A stretch of 64,000 nt of DNA from Saccostrea echinata (lineage: Eukaryota), in contig NW_026889761.1 in assembly GCF_033153115.1 (NCBI RefSeq), positions 19,902,001-19,966,000 of the forward strand, in the 5' to 3' direction. Shown here one piece after another: positions 1 through 10,945 of this stretch. Under the pieces are notes generated by a model that made no database searches, had not been told where the DNA came from, and saw only the letters and a program-made list of their open reading frames with translations. The position numbers and the translations under genes are program-made. Each line of letters opens with the position of its first letter. Within the stretch, counting starts at the first letter, position 1.

Positions 1-1255
1 AATATTGAAAAATTCCCATGCTTTTATTTTCTTTAATTTGTTTATTTATTTATTTTTTTTTTTATTATAATATATTCTTTTTTTTTTTTTTTTTTTTTGG
101 TGTGGGGGATAAGAAAATTTGTTTAATCTTAAAATCCCTTGGGCATGCACTGTTATATAATCAATATTTTATTTTAATTATTACGCATAAACCTAAATAT
201 CTTAACAAAGTACATCTAATATTTTTTTATGTATTTATAGATTATCAGAAGAGCATCATACCTTTCTGTTTGATGTTCTGGTATTTCTTCTTTATTTCAT
301 TCACATCTCTGCACGAACTAAATGTACTTCCACTACGAAAAAAATGAATCTATTTAACAAACTATATATATAGAAATTTAATGTTTCTTACATTGTGGTT
401 AATTTTTAATATTTTATTTTCCATAATAAAGAATACATACATGCTTTGCAATATCTATTTATAGCTTTCGGGTTTCCCCTTTTGTGTATTTTGCTTTTCT
501 ACTAAATTGCATACAGTATTTTAAAATCTTGAGACTATTGTATCTTGTATATGCATGAGTTATCTGCTTAAAATCAGCTGTTGTAATGCACAGTCCGAGT
601 TTTTAAGTTCGTTAGTGGTTGTGCTGTCGTATAACAGCTTGGCCTACATGTATATATCAGTATATAGCTGCATTACTGATAGTATGAACACCGTTGAAAC
701 TGCCACAGTCTAGTAGATTTTTAAGACATCATTGGTTTTCTTTTCAATTAGTTTTCATCAATTTTTTATTTTGTGGCAATGTATAATGATTTGGGGAAAA
801 TGTGATATGTCAACACTTACGCATTGACTAGGTCAGTGACCTCTTTCCAGGCCTTTGTCTTATCAACAGAAGTCCTCCCTGACCCGTCTAATTTTCCGAA
901 GAGTACCTTCTCCCTCTTCTGTACCTCCTCCACTAATGTAATCTCGTCCCTGGGGTCCCAGTTACTTTTTCTTGATCGTTTTTTGGGAGTTTCTGCATCC
1001 ATTGCGTAACTAATGTAAGCAGACGAAAATTGTATCTCCAAAACATTGGAGAGTTCCACATTTACCGTATACGCTCTAAACACCGCGTGGGTTACTATGA
1101 CAATAAAGGATTTTTTAACTAAGACAAATCTTAACTAAGTTTTTGCTAAGATCGTTTTGTGATCCACTTAAGTAAGCGATCTTAGCTAAGTCTAAATCTT
1201 AAATTTAAGTCAAAAGTCTGACTTAAATTTAAGACAGTTTCATGATCCCGGAGCC
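1..1255 (-). mobile_element. PIF/Harbinger DNA transposon, one end (other end outside window)
   Basis: Terminus GGCTCCGGGATCATGAAACTGTCTTAAATTTAAGTC (minus strand) with subterminal CTTAA/CTAAG repeats at 1117-1233 and an adjacent CAG/CTG trinucleotide. It encloses the Myb/SANT gene, and a related MITE lies at 15438-15652. Confidence 0.65.
262..1002 (-). CDS. Myb/SANT-like DNA-binding protein (Harbinger ORF2 / MSANTD-NAIF1-like), 5' part; continues past window start
   Basis: Exon 1002-821 (MDAETPKKRSRKSNWDPRDEITLVEEV...KAWKEVTDLVNA, donor GTAAGT) splices in phase to exon 332-262 (GSTFSSCRDVNEIKKKYQNIKQK, donor GTATGA). Together they give a typical trihelix Myb/SANT-like domain, lying about 120-250 bp inside a Harbinger-type terminus. 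Confidence 0.8.
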
Positions 1256-1738
1256 AGATGCTCAAAAACTACAGAAGTGAAGATGTATGTCTCACTGATA
1301 ATTTAAACATAGTCCCACTACTTATCATCCAGTTTTGTATTTTACAACTTCTTAAAATGTCATGTACTGTTATGAGAGAAAGAAGGTGCATTATACATTA
1401 TATGAATAAATAATTATCTTAACAACAATCACTTCAATACATATATAAATTATATATATTCAGAAAAACAAGACAAACAGGCAAACCTTGTTATCTCAAA
1501 CTCAATGGGACCAAGAAAAAACTTCAAGATATCCAGGGTTGAGATATTGAGAGTAAATTTACACAAGGAAAATGTTGGGACATTCAACTCACTTAGACAT
1601 ATCCATAGCAAAGTTCAACTGTACATAGGAAATTTAAAAAAATAAAGCATAGGTATCACTGAATATGAGAAATGTATTTTCATTTCTGATTACCCCATTA
1701 AAATATTTCTGTTTTATGCCCATGTGTTATTACATAGT

Positions 1739-4700
1739 TTACATACAGTAAACATTCAGACATTCCCTCTGTATTTGGTCTGGTTTCTTCCCTGTTGGTT
1801 TGCTTTCCTCAGTGAAGTGGTCTATGACAGGAATTAGGATGATCAGTAGCCCGGCAAAGATGATAAAGGATCCGCCAATGTAGAATGCTACGTCTGGACT
1901 GCCTGTTACTTCATACACCCAACCTACAGACAAACCAAAAGGACATTATTATATCTCACCCTTGAACCCTCTAAACTTCCAAAGAATTATAGATGTATTA
2001 TAGTAAACATACTGAGATTTCTTTAACATGTACAATCTACATACACTTGTATATATCCAAATTATTTTATATATGTGAATTTTCCTTCTTTGATAAATAA
2101 TTTTATCAGTACCAAAGTTTTCTTTTTTTTTAATATCAAAAACTGATAGTTTTAAGAAGTATGATATCAGATGTGCCCATGAAAACAAATGGAAAAGTAA
2201 TCTGACATCTATTTATTAATGTAAAAAGGAAATTCATTTCAACTGTACCGTAAATTTTTCATGGACACTACAATAATTATACATGTATTATGCCCAATAT
2301 TTACATGTTAATAGGGTCAAATCCATTTTAGATGTTATGTGTATGTAGATTATTAATAAAAGAATGCTCTTGAATTGCATTCTTTTTTCCCATAATTCTG
2401 ATTCTCACTCAATTGATATGATCATTTTTCATTCCTTCACCAATACATTTTTTTCTGATGAATATCGCCAAACCCCCTAACTCCGTCACTACCCTAACTC
2501 TGTCACTTTCGGGAAACTCTGCTCTGTTTGTAAACGAATACATGCTTATAATCTTCAATCAAATGCCGAGAAATTATTATAGTCAAGTTCAAGAATGCGT
2601 CAAAAATAAATAACAATTACACGTGATCTATTGCATCTATCCTATTTTATGTGAAATCAGTAAGTACTTTTTCCTTTATGCGCTATTCCATCAATACCTC
2701 CGACATGTGCGTCAATATGCTCATTTTTACATATCAGTCATATTTATGAAGGTATTTGCCAAAGGATTAATATGACATACCATACTGAATATGGCTAAAA
2801 TATTTTATTTTTCATCTTAATTTGCCCTAAAAAGCTACACGTTGGAGATAACGTACCGTGATGTTATTACATATAAAATACGTTATAACGTTATTTTTTC
2901 TTTGATACTTTTCCTAAATACAATTTAATGCGATTTTAAATCCTCAAAACTTATTTTCTATGTTTACAAGTTTAAAATGAAGGGAGAAAAAAACTAAACT
3001 GGAAAAAAATTCCTAATTAATACGTTGACATATTGTAGAGGGCCCTGGTGACGGATTTAGGCCGGTTCACTGGACGTAATGTACACGGATGTGATACGCA
3101 TTCTATTTATAGTAGTTTTGTATGAGCCCAATTACTGAATTTTTTTACATAGTTCTGAAAACAATGTTTAAGTTCATTACTAAGTGTATCAAACAAGAAA
3201 CAAATCAAAAAAATAATTCAGAGAGTAACCTGACGTGTTTTTCGCTTATGGTGACGGAATTTGGGTAGTTGGGGATACATTCCCTAAGGGTCTTACCAAT
3301 CAGTGGTGGTGCAGCTATACTGCCAATACCGTTAGCCAGCATGATGTAACCCATCCCTGTTCCTATGGCATCTGCTCCAACAATGGATGCCACAGCTACC
3401 ACTAATAGCCCAGATATCATATTTGCCATCACTGAGAAAGCAACGTACAAGAAAACTAACCCTCCAAAGGAGTGGAACATTGGAACAGGCATGATTAGGC
3501 AAATTAACCCTGTTATCACAGTTATGATAACATATGCAATGTCCAGTCGTAAATTCTTGATGTTTCCTAAAAGTCCACCAAGAATGCTGCCAATAAATGC
3601 TCCGATGCCTCCAATGCTGAACACTAATGCTGAGGATTGCTCATCCAGTCCAACATAAAGAAGATACTGAGGGCCAAATAATAAGATAATCACAACTCCC
3701 ATGTTCCAGAAGATGTTATTGGCAAAGAAGATTATAAAAGCATAGTCACACAGAATAGAACAGGTGCTTTTCTTGTTAAGGGCTAACTTTTCAACTTCAT
3801 TTAGGCTGTTTCTTGGTAATTCATTGTTCTTGCAAAGAGCATCCTCCTCGTTTTCAGAACTCTCTTGCTTAATAAGTTTAGCTGGGCTGCCTATAGGAGA
3901 GGCCATTATGACCTCCTCAGTCTCTTTCTTACTCTCTGAATTTTGCATATCTGAGCCCTGATTTAATTTTTCCAGATTTGAGTCTTGCCTTGGGGTTTCC
4001 AAATTTGAGTCTTGTATTGAGGTTTCAAAATTTGTGTCCTCCTTTGAGGTTTCCAAGGTTGAGTCCTGCTTTGGAGTTCTTAGGCTTCCATCTTTCTTTG
4101 AGTTTTCCAAATTTGAGTCTTCCTTTGTTCTTTCCAAATTTGAGTCCTGTTTTAAGCTTTGCTGATCTGAGCCTTGCTTTAGTTTCTCTTGTAAGGACAA
4201 ATCTATGTCATCTTCAGACAGAGGAACTTTTGAATCTTCTGTAAGCAATTGTTCATTATCCCCCTTTTCTTTCTCAGCTAAAGACTTTACTGAAAGAAGT
4301 TGCAGAGTAGAGGTAGAAATTTGTTTTTCTTGCTTTGATTTCACACTGTCAGTTACTGTGTCTTCTATATCACCAGGATCAGCCTCCCTCCTTTTTGCAG
4401 CATCTTTATATCTCCTCTTTAACTTTTCAGGGACTGGTCTAAGCAAACTGGCAAAAACAATGTTTTGCATGCTGATTCCACATACTATATAGAAAGACCC
4501 CCTCCAGCCAAAGGTATCTACCAGAAAGTTCACAAGCAAAGGAAAAATGATGGCACCCATACCAGAACCACTCGTGGCTAGTCCTGTTGCTAGACTTCTC
4601 TTTTCATCATAGTATAATCCAGAGAGTACATGGGATGGGACGTAGACCAAACAAAAACCAAGACCTGAAAAATGTTCACAAACAATGAATTATATAGTCC

Positions 4701-6335
4701 TATCCCTGGTCCAACTATTTTACAAACCAGGGTTATAGTGCTGATATATATCAAACAGTGCATTGACTAGGGCTGGGTATTGGCTAGAAATTTTGTATTG
4801 TGATATATTGCGATATTTTTTTTACTGTATTGTGATATGTATTGCAATATTTTCAACAAAAATTTAATTGGAATTTTCTTGTTGTATTAACTTTTTTTTA
4901 CATGTAGAATGTACATAACTATGATAAATAACCAATAAAAGATATCCTGTTGATTGAATTACAGTTATGCAACTTAATACACCCCATACAACAGCTTTTG
5001 TCTTACTGTTTGGCATGATCACAAAACTTTATGACAACTTTTCGTTATATTTTATATGTTAGAATTCATGAGTCCAAACATTTTGCTAGTATATCGGTAT
5101 TACAAAAACGTATTGCAATATGATATTTTTTGTCAACATACCACAATATACCAGAATATCAGTATTATTGGCCAGTCCTAGTAGTATACAAATATTCTCA
5201 GTTTTTGAAACTTTACCCGACAACACTCCATAGAATCCATACATATAAACCAGATTTGGGGCAAAAGGCATCGCTATCAGTCCAGCAGAACTAAGGATGG
5301 CTCCAAGCAGTGCTACTTTACGATGACTCATGTGGTTCATAAGAAATGTAGCAATGGGGCCTGAAATATACATAAAGATGATTATTTTCAATCTTTGTTA
5401 TGTGTAATCCTTCTTCCATTATGGAGTTGAACTCATTGTTGAGTGTTGATAAATTTGATGCAATATAAATACAGTATCTCAAACATCAATATGAATGTGT
5501 CCAAGAGAGATGCAAGTCCTAATCTCTTTTTAACCTCATAATCTAGAGGTGCTGTATATATTCCAAAGAGGGGGATAAGTAACAAGAAGTCTGTGAGCCA
5601 TTGCTCATTAGTATTACCCCCACTCTGATATGAATATATGCTCTCATGAATCCCACCATATTGCATGCCTAAACAAAGAGTGTGCTAAAATTTCAAACAT
5701 CTGCCTTGAGTAGTTGCTGAAAAAACTGTGGTGGAAATTTGGTAAGGACAGATGCATGGAAAACTGGAAGTTGACATTGGATTTGTACAAAAATGAATCC
5801 CATCATATGGCATATGCCTAGACAAAGAGTGTGATAAAATTTCAAGCATCTGCGTTGAGCAGCATGAGTAGTTGCTGAGAAGAAAACTGCAACAAAAATT
5901 TGTTATGGACAGACAGTAACACAAGGGTAAAACAGTAAACCCCCTCTCCTTGGGAGCGGGGGTATAATAAAACAGTATCCTTGAGAGCGGGGGTATAATA
6001 AAAGTTAACAGTATACCCCCCTCTCCTTTGGAGCAGGGGTATAAATATACTCAATAGGAGGGGAGGTAGTTATATAACCAATATGTTTTGGGGTTTGGTT
6101 GTTGGGCTGTAGCTCTATACTCACCTGAGCCCAGGAACACGCCAACATTGATTGAACCAATCAGAGCCACAGCAGCAGGACTGACATCTTTAAAGTACCT
6201 CAGCAAGTACATGTTGTAGATACCAAAACTCTGGGCAGTCCCAAAGGAGGGTATCTGGATCATAAAGGCTGCAAAGATAACTACCACCCCCCAGAATCCA
6301 CCCTCCTTCTTCTCCAGCCAGGAATACAGGCCCAT
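1739..6335 (-). CDS. Monocarboxylate transporter family (SLC16/MCT, MFS) protein, about 635 aa
   Basis: Coding exons 6335-6125, 5360-5217, 4664-3297, 1923-1739; all GT-AG and phase-consistent (1908 nt). SLC16 motifs EGGFWGVVV (cf. D/EGGWGW), YYDEKRSLATGLATSGSG, FGWRGSF, APPLIGWVYE; long central cytoplasmic loop. Confidence 0.9.
3945..4190 (-). repeat. Coding 27-bp (9-aa) degenerate tandem repeat in the MCT central loop
   Basis: KQDSNLERT/KEDSNLENS/KKDGSLRTP/KQDSTLETS/KEDTNFETS/IQDSNLETP/RQDSNLEKL/NQGSDMQNS. Confidence 0.85.
4768..5180. mobile_element. Degenerate hAT-like MITE (TAGGGCTGGG terminus)
   Basis: TAGGGCTGGGTATTGGC...ATTGGCCAGTCCTA ends with internal GATAT-type repeats, resembling the MITEs at 35128 and 53731; no TSD visible. 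Confidence 0.5.
5581..6045 (+). mobile_element. Helentron-associated non-autonomous element (HINE), short copy
   Basis: Starts AACAAGAAGTCTGTGAGCC, has about 1.5 satellite monomers, a GACA microsatellite and a repeated 3' CCCC..GGAGCGGGGGTATA hairpin; same family as 6427-7500. Confidence 0.7.
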
Positions 6336-6426
6336 ATTGTCTCTGAAGGTTATAAATAGCATATTAAAATACCTTATTATGTTTTTACTCAAAGTAATAT
6401 TTATTACTCATACATCGATGGAGTTA

Positions 6427-7500
6427 ACAAGAAGTCTGTGAGCCAATGCTCACTAATAATACCCCCGCTCTGATTTGAATACACAACTTCAGTTACGGAC
6501 AAACACAGTGATAATCAAGAAATTGACATCGGATTTGTAAGAAATGAATCCCATAATATGGCATGCCTAAACAAATATTCTGCTAAAATTTCAAGCATCT
6601 GTGATGAGTAGTTGCTGAGAAAACTACAACCAAAATTTGTTATGTCTGGTACGGACAGATGCATGGATAAACAGGAAGTTGATATCAGATTCATACAAAA
6701 ATGAATCCCACCATATGGCATGCCTAAACAAAGATTGTGCTAAAATTTCAAGCATCCGCGATGAGTAGTTGCTAAGAAAATTACGACCAAAATTTGTTAT
6801 GTATGGTACAGACAGACACATGAATAAACAGGAAGTTGACATTGAATTTGTACAAAAATGTTGAATCCCGACCTATGGCATGCCTAAACAAAGAGTGTGT
6901 TAAAATTTCAAGCACCTGGGATGAGTAGTTGCTAAGAAAACTACAACCAAAATTTGTTATGTATGGTATGGACAGACACACGGATAAACAGGAAGTTGAC
7001 ATCAGATTCGTACAAAAATATTTCCCACCATATGGCATGCCTAAACAAAGATTGTGCTAAAATTTCAAGCATCTGCGATGAGTAGTTGCTGAGAAAACTA
7101 CAACCAAAATTTGTTATGTATGGTACGGACAGACGCATGGATAAACAGGAAGTTGACATCGAATTCCTACAAAAATGAATCCCACCATATGACATGCCTA
7201 ACCAAAGAGTGTGTTAAAATTTCAAGCATCTGCAATGAGTAGTTGCTGAGAAAACTGTGACCAAAGTTTGTTATGTATGGCACTGACAGATGCACGGATA
7301 AACAGGAAGTTGACATCGAATTCGTACAATAATGAATCCCACCATATGGCATGCCTAAACAAAGATTGTGCTAAATTTTCAAGCATCTGCGATGAGTAGT
7401 TGCTGAGAAAAGTGCAACCAAAATTTGTTACAGACAGACAGACAGACACACAAGGGTAAAACAGTATGCCCCCCTCTCCTTCGGAGCGGGGGTATAAAAA
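6427..7500 (+). mobile_element. Helentron-associated non-autonomous element carrying a ~157-bp tandem array (~6 monomers)
   Basis: 5' AACAAGAAG...ATACCCCCGCTC, array at about 6500-7430, (GACA)n, terminal CCCCCTCTCCTTCGGAGCGGGGGTAT hairpin followed by an A-run. This is the known architecture of bivalve satellite-carrying HINEs. Confidence 0.8.
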
Positions 7501-8519
7501 CTGTAATGGGAATGCAAAAGCAATGGAATGCAAAGATCAAGATAATAGATAATTGATTCATCAATATCCTTCAGTTAAATATTTTAGGTTTATATTTACA
7601 GTATCTTCTTTTGACTGAATTGTAATTTTTTGGACAATTAAAGATAATAGTTATGTTCTTGTATTTTAAAATAATAGTAAAGCTGTATAATTTAAAATTC
7701 AGTTTCAAGTGCTCTAATTTTGGACATACCTGTACAATTGATTAATTGGAGTTGTCTCCCACAAAATCACAACAAAACTGAACCATCTCCCTCCATGCTC
7801 TACATTTTATCCAAGATTACATTCTATCAATAAAGTAAAACTATAACCTCAATAGTGAGTTGTAACATACAAAGAAGTTGCACTCAAAATGCACTCACAT
7901 ACAGTTACAAAGCACACATGCAATTTAACATGATTACATATGTAGGTTACAATTTAATACATCCATGCAAACTTCCATATATAAATCAGTGATTTTGCCA
8001 ATATTTTAACCAAGTACAAAAATATCTTACCTATAATTAACTGTACACTAAAAGCTGCTCCTGTATGTCAGGAGTAATATAACAATTAATCAACACAAGC
8101 TAGTGGCTTAAAGAGGTCAGATGTCATTGACCACTACAGCTTAATCCAAAAGTCTATACACAGTAGGCTGAGAATTGACAATTTACATGTGCTGTACATA
8201 TATGTATATAAAACGGCTGTATAAAATTGAGATTTAAATGGGAGCAACGCATTGCCTGCCCCAAATATTTTTGCCAGTTTAAATGTTATTTGCTTCATTT
8301 CGAATTTATGAAACAACATCACCTTTTTAACACTGGTATAGAAAATGAATGTTCCCTTGTCAAAATATTTAGGTATGTGTGACTAGCTCATCTCATGTCT
8401 TGCTGTGCCCAAAGGTTTCTCTCTTATACAGCAATGGAACATGCGGGCACAAATTATGTACTTCTTCTGTGACATATAAATGATCTTGGGTAAAGGCAAT
8501 GGTAGGTCATAAGCAATCT

Positions 8520-9230
8520 ATATATACCAAGTATGAGCTTCTAATGTTTCTCCATTACAAACTTATGCTGAGAACAGGAATTTATGTGTCTTTTTTTCAG
8601 AATGTGACCTTGAACTTGCATAAATAACCTTAAATCAAGGTCATTGCCCACCCTCTGGTCATACATAATTTTTCCAATGTTTTATCCATTAAAAAGTTAT
8701 GGACCTACGTTTTGTCTTCCAGTGACCTTGAATTTGCCTAAATGATTGTGTCAATGTCATGACACATCCACAGGTTAGCAATCTGTGCTAATTACGAACT
8801 TCCAATTTTTTTCATAACAATGTGGCCAGCACAGGAATTATGCTTTTTTTTTTTTTTGGCAATTAATCTCCAACTTGTACAAGTGATCTTGAATCAAGGT
8901 CATGTCATACCATTAGGATATGTAATTTTTATGTGAAGTATGAATTTCCAATATTTATCCATTAAAAAGCTGTTGACCAGAAATGAATTATACATTTTTT
9001 TTTTTACCAGTAATCTTAAACTTGCTGAAATGACTCTAGATCAAGGTCATGATACATTCTTAAGTCACATGCAATCTTTGTGTCAAGAATGGGCTTCCAA
9101 TATTTATCCATTAAAAAGTTATGGACTGATTACAGAACATGAATTAACATATACACTTTTTCTACCAGTGACTTTAAATATGCTCAAATGTCCCTAGGTC
9201 TATGACATAACCTCATGTCAAAGGCAATCT
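8520..9230 (+). repeat. Old degenerate tandem array (TGACCTTGAACTTG...TCAAGGTCATGAC monomers), likely HINE-derived
   Basis: About 5 diverged monomers of roughly 140-150 bp. Confidence 0.55.
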
Positions 9231-10945
9231 TCGTTTTTCCCCATCATCTCCAATCAAGCAGTTAGATGTCTTCGTCAAGGCTTCATCAATTGGTTATCAA
9301 TCATTTTTGCACAGCCATAAAAAGGCTTTATTACTATTAAACTATTTATTCTTTCTTCCAAAATTATGATCTTCTGTGATGTACAAAAAGCAATGAATAC
9401 AAATTCAGGAACACATTATATGTAAAGTTCAGAATAAACTGTATATCCTCAAACAAACTGAACTTTAACAATATTAACAAATATTTTGCAATTTTTGAAC
9501 ACATACTGAACACGTCAAATGGCTATTTGATATCACTCAATGATCATATATTAAAAATTACCAACACATTAAAATTCTCTACTGAACACATACAGTAAAC
9601 ACACTTGTAACAAAATGCCAGGGATGCATGAATTTGCTTCATTATGAATGTAATTTCTTATCTCCTTTAAATTCACAATATATTTTAAAGCCACAAGAAA
9701 TGAAAATCACTTTACTGTAAGCATCAATTCATTAAATATGTTCTTTGCTACAAGCATGTTTTACTGTATTGAGAAGATTTGTAATTTATAAATTTATAAT
9801 GGAGAATTTTTTTTTCAAACTACATTGTACAAAACTTGTAGAAGTATCTTGCATAGGTAGATTTAAAAAAAAATCTAATTCATTGTTCACATATCATATA
9901 TACATTTACATGGCATACCTTAACTATTTTATCCATCTAAAACTACCACATATATTTTTTCTCTATCTTTTGTAATGTTGACAAAACAATACATGTACTG
10001 TAAAAACCTAATTTTCAAGGCAATTCTACTCTTATTTTCTTCACAACAGGACAAAACTGTTTATAATATCAATAAAGAGTATTAACAATATACACTGAAT
10101 ATTCAACAGAGGAAATAGAAAAATTGCAAATTCAATATATATCATAGATTAAAAGCATCTATTACATAACAAATACTGGGATGCATTCCTGCCCAATTCA
10201 TGCCCTTAAGGTATAACAACCCTCTGATAAGAGAGATAACTTCAAAAGAATATCATACAAAAATTTGACCCCAAAACAGCTGCACTCTTCTTTTCTTAAC
10301 TTTTACTACATTAGAATATATATATTCATCATTTTAAATAAAATGTGAAAACTTGAATAATTTACCAAGTACCATAAATAGTATTGTTATTGCTATTTTA
10401 TATTTTTATTTACATTAAGAATAATTTAAGAAAGGTAACTCTTGCTGATTGACTCTTTTTTTACACATATAAAATACAATGTAATATTCCAACTTAAAAA
10501 GCATCGATTCGTTATTTTTTCTAATATTATATAATTATTTTATGTATAATTTTTGCTGTGACAACAAAATATTGCCTTTTCTTTTCACTGTGTCTCATTT
10601 TCTCCGTATCACAATTTAAGACATAAATTAATTTCTGAGAAAGTAGGCCTCACTTTATACTTTAACTTTTTTTTCTATTGGAACCTACAGCTTTTGTTGA
10701 TGATGAAAATCAATATTTTTTGGTTGAATTTTAGAACAGAGGAATAAAAAGCCTTAAAACACATTGACTTATAATGAGACTCCAGAAGTGATGATTTATG
10801 ACATCCATAGTATGAAATAATCTCATGCTGGTAATAAAACATGTCAAAAATTCAGTAACATGTTTAGCAAATAATTTTTGCGTATAAACTAAATAAAATA
10901 TATCATAATTACTGCTTCCTTGTCAATCTAGAACATATCTAATCA

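Noticed and set aside
6515-7564. Set of similar short ORFs (MPYGGIHFC...)
   Set aside because: Translations of HINE satellite monomers.
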